Shown in pieces: positions 55,269 through 64,000 of a stretch of 64,000 nt of DNA (within the stretch, counting starts at the first letter, position 1; the number at the start of each line of letters is the position of its first letter). Below the pieces are notes generated by a model, which was not told where the DNA came from, did no database searches, and saw nothing but the letters and a program-made list of their open reading frames with translations. This stretch comes from an uncultured Verrucomicrobiae bacterium (GTDB lineage Bacteria > Verrucomicrobiota > Verrucomicrobiia > Chthoniobacterales > UBA10450). The stretch lies in contig CAWIBO010000005.1 in NCBI GenBank assembly GCA_963834385.1, forward strand, positions 576,001-640,000, in the 5' to 3' direction. The position numbers and the translations under genes are program-made.

Positions 55269-56198
55269 TTATCCCGAAAGGTGCGGGGCCATGCGGAAAG
55301 CCCGCGACAACCTGCCGCCCGGCGGGATCGTCAGGAGACCGACCTTGTCCTCGAACGGCTTCTGCTCCTCGTGGTCGGTCAGGCCCCAGCAGGGCTCCAG
55401 GCAAAGAAACGGGCCGCCGTCCGACCAGAGCGTGACATAAGGAACGTCAGCCAGATCAATCTCCACGACGCGCCCGGTGGGATCATCATGGAAACGGAAA
55501 CGGCGATCGGGCACATCGACAAACTCGAGAATAAAGGAGCCGGGCAGGCGCTCACGCGGGAACGGCATCGGGCCGGACGCGATCTCCAAATCCTGGGTCT
55601 CGCCGCTCAGGTAATTCGTGGGCGAGAAATAACGCCGGTATTTGCCCCCGGGCATCAGCAGCCGGAAACTTTCAAAGGTTGTCGCGCCGAACCCGGGGTG
55701 CAGCCCGAACCCCACATGCGCGGTCAGCTCCGGTTCATGATTCAAAAACTTAAAACGGGTCACGAGCACGCCCTCCTCCAGTGCGTAGGTGAGGTCGAGC
55801 GAAACCCGCAGCGGATAATCCTCCGGCGCGTAATCGTCCGGGGTCATCCGGTAGGTCACGGCGAGTTCTTCCTGCCGGGTCAGTGTCCAGACTCTGTCAC
55901 GAAGGAAACCATGCGTCCCGCCGCGGATCTCGCGGCCCCGATAGCATGAGCGTCCTTCCTTCAGCCGATGCAGGTAGTACCCCATGACGGTGGCATGATT
56001 GGCCCAGCCGGCCGCCGGCGCGGAGAGATCATTGTCCCGATACAGAAAACCGGTCCACGTCCCGGCCGGCGCCCGGCGCTGCAGACTGATCAGCTCGGCG
56101 CCCAGCCGCGAAACGATGAAACGGAGGCCGCGCTCCTCATCCGTGATCGCGTCCAGGAGGGAGTCGCCCCGCTTCTCCGCGCGATAACCCGACCCCAT
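55269..56198 (-). CDS. Aldose 1-epimerase (galactose mutarotase-like) family protein
   Basis: GAELIS, HGFLRD, YPLR..L..TY.L, FGLHPGF and FLCLEP.WG. Confidence 0.85.
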   Translation of the reverse strand: MGSGYRAEKRGDSLLDAITDEERGLRFIVSRLGAELISLQRRAPAGTWTGFLYRDNDLSAPAAGWANHATVMGYYLHRLKEGRSCYRGREIRGGTHGFLRDRVWTLTRQEELAVTYRMTPDDYAPEDYPLRVSLDLTYALEEGVLVTRFKFLNHEPELTAHVGFGLHPGFGATTFESFRLLMPGGKYRRYFSPTNYLSGETQDLEIASGPMPFPRERLPGSFILEFVDVPDRRFRFHDDPTGRVVEIDLADVPYVTLWSDGGPFLCLEPCWGLTDHEEQKPFEDKVGLLTIPPGGRLSRAFRMAPHLSG

Positions 56199-56207
56199 CT
56201 TCGTGCC

Positions 56208-57470
56208 TCAGGGGAAGAGGCCGCGGGTCGCCTTGGCGCGCATGACCCGCTCCACGCCGATGGCCATGGCGGAGGTGCGATGGGAGATTTTGTGCTCCTT
56301 GGCGCGCTTGATCACCTGGACAAAGGAATGTTCCAGGATGCGGAAAAGTTTGTCGGTCACTTCCGTCTCGGTCCACATGAAGGACTGGAGTCCCTGGACC
56401 CACTCGAAGTAGGAGACGATGACGCCGCCGGCGTTGCAAAGAATGTCTGGGATGACAAAGATCTCGTCCCAGCGCGTGTCGAGAATGCGGTCGGCTTCCG
56501 GGGTGGTCGGCCCGTTGGCGCCCTCGGCCAGGATGCGGCACTTGAGTTGCCCGGCGTTTTTCTCCGTGATAACGCGGTCGACCGCGGCCGGGATGAGAAT
56601 GTCGCATTTCATCGTCAGCAGTTCGTTCGGGTCGACCAGGTCTCCCTCGTCCCAGCCTTTGAGGGAACCGTGCTCGGTCACCCAGCGTTCCGCGGCCTTC
56701 ACATCCAGGCCTTTCGGGTTGTAGACAGCCTCGTAGGCGTCGCTGATGCCGAGCACTTTCACCCCGGTTTTCAGGGCGAGAGAAAGCGCGGCGACGGAGC
56801 CGACGTTGCCAAAGCCCTGCACAATGGCGGTGGTCTTGCTCGCATCCATCTTGAGCATGTCCATGGCGCGCTCGACCAGATAAACGACGCCACGGCCGGT
56901 CGATTCGCGCCGGCCTTCCGTGCCGCCGATGGCGACCGGCTTGCCGGTGACGATCTCGCTCACGGCATACCCCTGGTAAACGGAATAGGTGTCCATGAAC
57001 CAGGCCATGATCTGCTCGTTCGTGCCCATGTCCGGGCCCATGATGTCGGTATGCGGGCCGACAAACGGGATCATCTCCTGCATGTAACGCCGTGAGAGCG
57101 CCTCCAGTTCCGGCCGGGAAAGCTTGGTCGGGTCGCAGGCGATGCCCCCTTTGGCGCCGCCGTAGGGAAGATTGGCCAGGGCGCATTTCCAACTCATCCA
57201 CATGGCGAGGGCGGCGGTCTCCCCCATGGAAAGGGAAGGCGCGAAGCGGGTGCCGCCCTTGGTCGGGCCCAGGGTCAGATGATGCTGGACGCGATACCCC
57301 TGGAAAGTCTGGGTGCTGCCGTCGTCCATGTGGATCGGCAGGGTCACAGCGATGGAGCGCTTCGGATACATCAGGCGCTCGCGCGCATTGACGTCAATGT
57401 TCAGGTAATCGGCAATAACCTCGAACTGCTGGCAGGCCATCGCGAACACGTCATCGTGATAGATATTCAT
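56208..57470 (-). CDS. gdhA: Glu/Leu/Phe/Val dehydrogenase (glutamate dehydrogenase)
   Basis: GYRVQH, GPTKGG.R, PYGGAKGG, PDMGT, QGFGNVG, EGANGP and NAGGVIVSYFEWVQ. Confidence 0.93.
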   Translation of the reverse strand: MNIYHDDVFAMACQQFEVIADYLNIDVNARERLMYPKRSIAVTLPIHMDDGSTQTFQGYRVQHHLTLGPTKGGTRFAPSLSMGETAALAMWMSWKCALANLPYGGAKGGIACDPTKLSRPELEALSRRYMQEMIPFVGPHTDIMGPDMGTNEQIMAWFMDTYSVYQGYAVSEIVTGKPVAIGGTEGRRESTGRGVVYLVERAMDMLKMDASKTTAIVQGFGNVGSVAALSLALKTGVKVLGISDAYEAVYNPKGLDVKAAERWVTEHGSLKGWDEGDLVDPNELLTMKCDILIPAAVDRVITEKNAGQLKCRILAEGANGPTTPEADRILDTRWDEIFVIPDILCNAGGVIVSYFEWVQGLQSFMWTETEVTDKLFRILEHSFVQVIKRAKEHKISHRTSAMAIGVERVMRAKATRGLFP

Positions 57471-57537
57471 AAAAGAGCGCCGCCGAATCGAAGGGGCGGC
57501 AAATCAGCCTGCTATCTCCGCCCGCGCACCCGAGCCG

Positions 57538-59142
57538 TCAAATCGAATCCGAACGGCCAAAACGACGCCGCAGCAGGGTCACCATGTCCTGAAGCTCGGT
57601 CACTCGCAACAGGTAGGCTGCGCCGAAAAAGACCGTGCCACCCAGTCCGATGGTGCCGAGGATGCCCAGAAGCTGTTCCCAATGAGCGATTTCGGGCCGG
57701 GCGTCGAAGAAAAAGCGCCGCGCCAGCCAGCAGACCCCCGCGAGACAGGCCCCGGCCACAACCAGCTTGCCGAAGGTGCGCGCCATCAGGCCGGTTTCCA
57801 GCCGGCCGGTGTAATGCCGCATCATGGAATAGAGGAAGATGAAATTCGAGAATGCCACCAGGCTGGTGGAAAGGGCCAGACCACGGTGTCCCAGCCCCAT
57901 CTTGAAGGTGAGAAACCAGTTCAGACAAAAGTTCACCAGGATGGAGGAGAAGCTCACCAGCATCGGCAGGTAACGGCGGTCCAGGGCGTAAAACGCCGGC
58001 GCCAGCACCTTGTCCGCCGAATAAGCCACCAGTCCGACGGCATACCAGCGCAACGCGCCCGCGGTCTGTTCCGTCATGAAGGCGGTAAACCGGCCGTGCT
58101 CGTAAATCAGGCTGATGATCGGTTCGGCCAAGATGATCAGGCCAATGGCCGAGGGAATCGTCAGGAGCATGACCAGACGGATGGCATGCGCGAGGCCGCT
58201 GCGGAACTGCGGCATGTCGTTGGCGGCGGCGCTGCGCGAAACCAGTGGCAGAGTGACTGTGGCCACGGCCACGCCGAAGATCCCGAGAGGGAGCTGCATC
58301 AGGCGGAAGGCGATGTTGAGCCAGCTGACCGCGCCATCCTCGAGATAGGAGGCGAAGATGCTGTTGATGAGAACGTTCACCTGCACGGCGCTGGCCGCGA
58401 CCACCGCCGGCCCCATCAACTGCAAAACCTTGCGCACCCCGGGATCACGCCAGTGAAAATCGGGACGGAAGCGGAAGCCCGCCTTGACCAGGGAGGGAAA
58501 TTGCACGGTCAACTGGAGGAAACCGCCGATGAGCGTGCCAACGGCCAGGCCGACCAGCGCGGGCGGTCCAAAGGTTGGATCGATCCACCACCCGACCGTG
58601 ACGCCGCCGATGATGGAGCCGAGGTTAAAGAAGCTGGAGGCGAGGGCCGGGATGCCGAAGACATGCTTCGCGTTGAGCATGCCCATGGCGAGGGCGGCAA
58701 GCGACACGAGCAGGATGAACGGATACATGATCCGCGCCAGGAGCGCGGTCAGCGCCGCCTTCTCGTCGTCAAACCCGGGCGCAAGGATGTTGACCAGGAT
58801 CGGGGCGATGGCGATGCCGATCAGGACCACGCCGCTCATGAAGATCAGGGCCAGCGTGGCGATCTTGTTCGCGAGGCTCCAGGCCGACTCATCCCCTTCG
58901 CTGGCGATCTTCTTCGAGAAGGTGGTGACGAAGGCGGTGGATAGCGCTCCCTCGGCAAAAAGATCCCGCAGCATGTTTGGGGTGCGGAACGCGGTCAGGA
59001 AGGCGTCCATGCTGCGCGACGCGCCGAAGAGCGAGGCGAAGACCACCTCGCGCACCAGGCCCAGGAGCCGGCTGCAGAGAATGGCGATCGCCACCACCCC
59101 GGTCGCCTTTGTGCTGATGCGAGAAGGACCCGGAGCAGACAT
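57538..59142 (-). CDS. murJ: Lipid II flippase MurJ (MviN)
   Basis: SRLLGLVRE, AFRTPNMLRDLFAEGALS.AF and RLMQLPLGIFG; ~14 TM helices. Confidence 0.96.
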   Translation of the reverse strand: MSAPGPSRISTKATGVVAIAILCSRLLGLVREVVFASLFGASRSMDAFLTAFRTPNMLRDLFAEGALSTAFVTTFSKKIASEGDESAWSLANKIATLALIFMSGVVLIGIAIAPILVNILAPGFDDEKAALTALLARIMYPFILLVSLAALAMGMLNAKHVFGIPALASSFFNLGSIIGGVTVGWWIDPTFGPPALVGLAVGTLIGGFLQLTVQFPSLVKAGFRFRPDFHWRDPGVRKVLQLMGPAVVAASAVQVNVLINSIFASYLEDGAVSWLNIAFRLMQLPLGIFGVAVATVTLPLVSRSAAANDMPQFRSGLAHAIRLVMLLTIPSAIGLIILAEPIISLIYEHGRFTAFMTEQTAGALRWYAVGLVAYSADKVLAPAFYALDRRYLPMLVSFSSILVNFCLNWFLTFKMGLGHRGLALSTSLVAFSNFIFLYSMMRHYTGRLETGLMARTFGKLVVAGACLAGVCWLARRFFFDARPEIAHWEQLLGILGTIGLGGTVFFGAAYLLRVTELQDMVTLLRRRFGRSDSI

Positions 59143-59204
59143 GGCGTTGAAGGAACAGCCGACTCAACCCGGCGAAAAGCGAAAACTTCGGGGGCCCGAA
59201 ACTG

Positions 59205-62132
59205 CTAGGCCTTGCGCCGGGAAAGGAACCGCTGGTAGATGAATGAGGCGATGATCAGGACAAGCGCCACCCCGATAAAGGCGCCAATCCGGTAAAGCTG
59301 GCCAAGGTTGGCCAGGTCGTGCAGGAAAAGTTTCGCCAACGTGACCAGCAGCAAAGCGAGCCCGGCATAACGCGCTGCCCGGCTTTTCAGCCACATCCCG
59401 ACGAGAAGCAGAACAAAGGCAAACAGAGCCCAGGCGATGGAATAGGTCATGTCCCGGGCGAAATCGCCGCTGAAGGAAAATGTCAGCGTCGGCCCGATGG
59501 AGAAGTAGTCGGCGATCTCGATGTTCAGGAGAAGAAACGCGAGGAGAGTGCCCAGGGTGTAAAGAAACGGACGAGCCGCGCGTTCCAGCAGGTGCGGCCG
59601 GGGCTCGCCAAAGAGCCGGGCCCCTGCGAGAAGGCAAAGCGTGGTCACGCCATAAGCGTAGAGATACCAGTTCCATAGCCGGAGCGGGGCGCGCGGATGA
59701 TACTCCCAAACCTCGGGGTTCAGCGCCAGCCGGGCAAACGCGACCGCCAGAAGCAAGGTGCCCGCGACGCGCAGTCCGCGGTGCGGCACTTTCCGGAACA
59801 GCCAGATGAGCGCGAGCCCCTCCAGGGCCCAGCCGAGCGTGATCCATTCCCGGTCGAACTGGACCGGGAAAATCAGCGCGACAAAAAAGAGACCGGCGCC
59901 CCCCTGCCAGGCCAGGGCCGCCGCGCCGGTGGCCGGGAGGAGTCCGACCCGGTGCCGCAGATAATAAACTCCCAGGGCGAACGGGACCACGAACGCCGCC
60001 GGCAACAGACCGTTCTGCGCCGCCGGATAAGCCGCGCCGGTCGCCTGGTAGATCAGCCAGAAAAACAGCGCCCCCGCCCCGGCGGAAACCGCCCAGGGCA
60101 GCGCGGCCCGTTTCTCCGCCACGAAATAGGGGTAACCGAGGAAAAGAAACAGCAACCCCGCATACCAGGAAAGCGGCGGCACCGAAAAATCGGGCGCGAA
60201 ATTCTCCAGGTGCCATTGCCCGGCGATGGCCCACGCACAAACGAGCGCGATGGCCGCCAGAACGTTCCGCCGCGCGTAAACGCCAAGACCGAGAAGCAGC
60301 ACCGCGAGCAGCCCGATCACGGCAAAGACCGCGGTCGGATCAGGCAGCGACATCTTCTCCACCACCATCGCGACGAGCGCGAAAGGAAGCGCCGCCGCCA
60401 GGGCGGGCGTGAGAGCGGTCCAATCGCCGGCATCCTTCGCGGCCCGCCGGTTGACGAAAAGCGTCGCGCCGAAAAAGAAAACGCCGAACCCGGCGCTGAC
60501 GACAAGAAATTCGGGGACCGTCGCCAGATCGGCGGGAGCGGTGACAATCCACAGCGCGGCGATGCCGATGGTGAGCAGCAAAGCCGTGAGGGTGGCGGCG
60601 AGGGTGCGCGTCCGGAGCGCGATGACGATAACGAGCGCATCGAGCAGGAGCAGGCCGGCCCAGACCGCCGGCCCCGCCTGGTTTTGGAGGATGACCAAAA
60701 CGATCAGCCCGAGGGAAAGCAGCGGGACAAAAGGGAGCGGGCGCGCCGCCCCCGGGAGGCCGGGCGCGCGCGGCCATAAAATCGGCAGGGCATGAATCCC
60801 GGCAAAGAGCAGAAAGGCGCCAAGCCCCCACCAGAGGCGCGGACCATCGAGGTAGGCCAGCGTCCAGGTGGCAAGAAGAAGAAATGTCGCCAGCCCGGAA
60901 GCGACGCTGATGATGGCGCGCCGGACCCCGGCCTCGCCCCCGGAGAAGGTAAGGATCACCAGGCCGAGATCGGCCGCGAAGATCAGCGAAAAGAAGAGCA
61001 GCGGGGCAAACCCGAGTTGCTCATGCGAGAGGAAGGCCGGGGCGAAGAAGAGCGCGCCGAAGCCGGCGGCCACGCCCGCGGGAATGGTCCATTTGCCACT
61101 GCGCCCGGCGCGGCGGCGAATGAACGAGATAAGAAGAAACTGGAGCTGAAAGCCGAGAAAAATGACACAGGCGGCGGGCGCCCTGGCCACGTCGAAATGC
61201 TCGAGCGCCCAGCCATATTCCATGGCGAGCGTTCCGAGCGCCGCCAGGAAGATGAGATAACTCCAGCCTTTACGCAGGGCGACGGCGGCAATGCCGGCGT
61301 TGAGCAAAGCGACGTAGGTGAAAAGAGCCGGCGCGTTGTCCTGCCCGGTCGCGAGGAGGACGGGCGTGACGAAGCCCCCGAGCAGACCGAGCACCGCCAC
61401 CACCTGCGCATGGAGGCGGACTGCCAGGGCAAAGGCCGCGACGGTGACCGCGGCCATGAGCGCGAAAGCCACCGGCAACGACAAAAGTCCATAGAACGAC
61501 TGGGCGGCGAAGATCGTTGCGTAAAGGACCAGAACGCCGGTGGCGCAAAGGCTCTGCCCCGGCACCCGGTAGCTTCGTGCTGCGCGCCATCCGCCGAGCA
61601 GGAGGGCGAGCCCGGCCGTTCCGCCAAAGAGAACACGTGTGCGCGGCGAGATCAGGTTGTTCTGGAAGGAATATTTCACCAGGAAAACAAGACCGAGGAA
61701 GAGAACGAAGCCGCCGATCCAGGCAAAGAGTTTGACCCCCATGAACGCCTCCCAGTCGATGGCCACGGGACGCGGCGGCGGGACCGACGGCGGAAGCGGT
61801 GGCGGAGGGGGGACCGGGCCGGACGGCAACGGCGGAGGGACCGCGGAAGTGCGCGGCGGCCGTTGCAAAATCGCGGGCTCGGGAATCTTCAGCCCCGTAT
61901 CCGTGCTGCGCGCGGGACTGGGCGGGGCCGAAGCCGGCGGCGCGGCGGCGGCGGCCGGCACTCCCACCGGCGGAGAAGCCGGACGAGGAGTTCCGCCCTC
62001 CAGGCGAAGCAGACGCTCTGAGAGGAGCTTCAGGGTCGATTCGAGCCGCCGCACCCGAGAGAACAGGATCAGCGGCAAAACAAAGACGACGACCGCCAGG
62101 CCGATCGCCGCTAAAGCGAACAACGCCTCCAT
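59205..62132 (-). CDS. DUF2339-like polytopic membrane protein
   Basis: ATG 62132; Pro-rich linker; WEAFMGVKLFAWIGG, LGGFVTP.L and C-terminal KLFLHDL..L..LYRI.AFIG. Confidence 0.88.
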   Translation of the reverse strand: MEALFALAAIGLAVVVFVLPLILFSRVRRLESTLKLLSERLLRLEGGTPRPASPPVGVPAAAAAPPASAPPSPARSTDTGLKIPEPAILQRPPRTSAVPPPLPSGPVPPPPPLPPSVPPPRPVAIDWEAFMGVKLFAWIGGFVLFLGLVFLVKYSFQNNLISPRTRVLFGGTAGLALLLGGWRAARSYRVPGQSLCATGVLVLYATIFAAQSFYGLLSLPVAFALMAAVTVAAFALAVRLHAQVVAVLGLLGGFVTPVLLATGQDNAPALFTYVALLNAGIAAVALRKGWSYLIFLAALGTLAMEYGWALEHFDVARAPAACVIFLGFQLQFLLISFIRRRAGRSGKWTIPAGVAAGFGALFFAPAFLSHEQLGFAPLLFFSLIFAADLGLVILTFSGGEAGVRRAIISVASGLATFLLLATWTLAYLDGPRLWWGLGAFLLFAGIHALPILWPRAPGLPGAARPLPFVPLLSLGLIVLVILQNQAGPAVWAGLLLLDALVIVIALRTRTLAATLTALLLTIGIAALWIVTAPADLATVPEFLVVSAGFGVFFFGATLFVNRRAAKDAGDWTALTPALAAALPFALVAMVVEKMSLPDPTAVFAVIGLLAVLLLGLGVYARRNVLAAIALVCAWAIAGQWHLENFAPDFSVPPLSWYAGLLFLFLGYPYFVAEKRAALPWAVSAGAGALFFWLIYQATGAAYPAAQNGLLPAAFVVPFALGVYYLRHRVGLLPATGAAALAWQGGAGLFFVALIFPVQFDREWITLGWALEGLALIWLFRKVPHRGLRVAGTLLLAVAFARLALNPEVWEYHPRAPLRLWNWYLYAYGVTTLCLLAGARLFGEPRPHLLERAARPFLYTLGTLLAFLLLNIEIADYFSIGPTLTFSFSGDFARDMTYSIAWALFAFVLLLVGMWLKSRAARYAGLALLLVTLAKLFLHDLANLGQLYRIGAFIGVALVLIIASFIYQRFLSRRKA

Positions 62133-62206
62133 GTTCCGGGAAAATAACAAAGCGGGCGCGAGTCTGCGCTGCCGGAGCCGCCACGCGCAAGCAAGGAATG
62201 CCGGGG

Positions 62207-62962
62207 CTAAAGACCGGTCGGATGATCGACAAAAATCCAGGGAAGCCCAAAGCGTTCCGCCAGGTGAGCCGCGAGCGCCTTGACCCCGAAAGTTTCGGTG
62301 GCGTAATGACCTCCCAAAAGAAGGTTCACGCCCAGCTCCTCCGCTGCCACCGCCGCCCAGTGGGGCGCTTCCCCGGTGATGAAGGTATCGACCCCGGCCC
62401 GCGCCGCGGCTTCCACGTCGCTTCCGGCCCCGCCGCTCACAATCCCGATGGATCGACACTCGAGAGGGCCGCCCCCAACGCAGTGCACCGGGCCGCCCAG
62501 CAGTTTCTCCAACCGCGCGACCAGGTCGCCCCGGGCCGTCCTGGTTTCGGACCTGACCCCGATCGGTTTCCCTTTGTGTTCCAGAAACGGAGCGAGGTTC
62601 TGCAGGCGCAAGCCGCGCGCGAGCAGGACGTTGTTGCCCACTTCCGGATGAACATCCAGCGGCAGATGCGCGCTGTAGATCGCCAGGTCATGGTCAAAGG
62701 CAAAGGCAAACTGGCCGCGGACATGGCCCACCACCGGACGCGGTCCTGACCAGAAAAGACCGTGATGCACCAGGAGCAGGTTGGCTTCTTCCTCGACGGC
62801 CTTTCGCATCGTCGGGGTGGAAGCGTCGACCGCGGCGCCGATCTTTGTCACGCTCCCGCCGTTCTCGAGCTGCAGGCCGTTCAAGGCGTTTGCGTAATCA
62901 TCGATCTCTCCGATCCGAAGAAAGCCGTCGCAATAATCGACAAGGTCACGCAGCGAAACCAT
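62207..62962 (-). CDS. Nif3-like dinuclear metal centre hexameric protein (YbgI family)
   Basis: NGLQLE, LLVHHGLFW, YSAHLPLD.HP..GNN, FITGE and GGHYATE.FG. Confidence 0.94.
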   Translation of the reverse strand: MVSLRDLVDYCDGFLRIGEIDDYANALNGLQLENGGSVTKIGAAVDASTPTMRKAVEEEANLLLVHHGLFWSGPRPVVGHVRGQFAFAFDHDLAIYSAHLPLDVHPEVGNNVLLARGLRLQNLAPFLEHKGKPIGVRSETRTARGDLVARLEKLLGGPVHCVGGGPLECRSIGIVSGGAGSDVEAAARAGVDTFITGEAPHWAAVAAEELGVNLLLGGHYATETFGVKALAAHLAERFGLPWIFVDHPTGL

Positions 62963-62968
62963 GGGCGC

Positions 62969-62997
62969 AGTCTGGCGTCTTCCCTTCCCGTGGGCAA
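62969..62997 (-). promoter_or_regulatory. Sigma70-like promoter of the nif3 gene (leaderless geometry)
   Basis: TTGCCC-N17-CAGACT, ending 6 nt before ATG 62962. Confidence 0.5.
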
Positions 62998-63019
62998 ATC
63001 TCGCGTGGCCGGCTTCTTC

Positions 63020-63372
63020 GGTAGGGCGACGCTCCGCGGAGCCTGGGAGCACGCGTCGTCATCCATTAGATACGGCGCCCTGCTTTGTCTGGAGCCAATC
63101 CCGACGAGGGGCGCTTCTTCCCGGAGGGACGAGCTTCCGCTCGTCCTGGACCTGCGGAAGCAGGTCCCTCCGTTTTGGAGCGGGGCATCGATTGCTCCCA
63201 GGCTCGACGGAGTCTCACCCTACCGGGGGGTACGAGGGGCGTGAGTTGTGAATGGTGAATCGTGAATAGAAGGGAGGGCGTCGCTTCCCCAAATCCTGTT
63301 CAATCCTGTAAATCCTGTCTTATCCCAGCCCTCTGCGTCCTCTGTGCTCTCTGCGTTCTCTGTGGTGAACTC
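63020..63372. repeat. Nested REPIN-like element (inverted GTAG REP pair enclosing an inverted GGAG REP pair) plus 7- and 9-mer blocks
   Basis: GGTAGGGCGACGCTCCGCGGAGCCTGGGAGC (63020) ... GCTCCCAGGCTCGACGGAGTCTCACCCTACC (63224); inner CGGAGGGACGAGCTTCCGCTCGTCC-T-GGACCTGCGGAAGCAGGTCCCTCCG. Confidence 0.9.
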
Positions 63373-64000
63373 CTACGCAGCGGCGCCGCAACAAAACTCG
63401 CGCAACAACCGCAGAAAAGCGTCGCTGGCACGCCGGCCGGCCGCCAAGACATGATCGTGGCTCAGGTGTTCGGCCCGGATCCCGGCGGCGAAATTGGTCA
63501 GGCAGGAAAAGCCGGCCACCTCGATCCCAAGCGCGCGCGCCTGGATCGTCTCGAGCACGGTGGACATGCCGACCGCATCGGCGCCAAGCTGCCGCAGCAT
63601 CCGGACCTCAGCCGGCGTCTCGTACTGCGGACCGCGCACCGCGGCGTAAACGCCCTCCGCCAGATCGATCCCCGCCTTCTGCGCCGCGGCGGCAAAGGCC
63701 GACCGAAGCCGCGGCGAGTAGGCCTCCGACATGTCCACAAAACCCCCTTCCCCCTCCAGGGGCGAAACACCGGTGAGATTGAGATGGTCCGTGATCGTCA
63801 TCCAGTCGCCCGGGCGAAAAGTTTCATTCACGATGCCGGCGGCATTGGTCAGGATCAGGCGGCGCACTCCCGCCTCGGCGAGGAAACGGACACCGGCGGT
63901 GGCCTCCCGGGCCGAACGTCCCTCGTAAAGGTGGCAGCGGCCGCAGGCCAGGATCAGGCGGCGGCCTTCCATGGTGACGAGGTGGAACTCGCCCCCATGC
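63373..64000 (-). CDS. Purine-nucleoside phosphorylase (trimeric PNP I family), 5' end outside the window
   Basis: GR.HLYEG, LTNAAG, DHLNLTG.SPL, GPQYETPAE, DAVGMST..E and LSHD.V. Confidence 0.93.
   Translation of the reverse strand, partial: HGGEFHLVTMEGRRLILACGRCHLYEGRSAREATAGVRFLAEAGVRRLILTNAAGIVNETFRPGDWMTITDHLNLTGVSPLEGEGGFVDMSEAYSPRLRSAFAAAAQKAGIDLAEGVYAAVRGPQYETPAEVRMLRQLGADAVGMSTVLETIQARALGIEVAGFSCLTNFAAGIRAEHLSHDHVLAAGRRASDAFLRLLREFCCGAAA

Overview
A GC-rich bacterial chromosome segment. Gene content (PEP-CTERM/autotransporter-repeat proteins, exosortase, DUF5069- and DUF2339-like proteins, 'Y.LE.S..W...F.R' C-terminal domains) points to Verrucomicrobiota, probably Spartobacteria/Chthoniobacterales; this is an inference. 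Both flanks are housekeeping: murI, hemW, uppS, purA, uppP, glnB, gmd, amn, icd, pgi, a histidine kinase plus NtrC-type regulator, glnD, bactofilins, kef, fahA, gdhA, murJ, nif3 and a purine-nucleoside phosphorylase, with tRNA-Pro(TGG) and tRNA-Ile2(CAT). About 20 apparent small indels break otherwise intact genes and are probably long-read errors. Two things stand out. (1) A 24-kb surface-protein locus (9.7-33.3 kb): exosortase-EpsI fusion, a membrane-anchored TPR-like protein, and a small TM/coiled-coil gene pair present twice, each copy upstream of a giant secreted cargo gene (two PEP-CTERM proteins and a ~2,570-aa FN3/beta-helix protein with a different C-terminal domain). (2) A modular repeat system fills most large intergenic gaps. 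It combines GTAG and GGAG REP hairpins with short tandem blocks of period 6, 7, 8 and 9 nt, and the same blocks appear as translated inserts inside the exosortase and TPR genes. No transposase, integrase or CRISPR array is visible.
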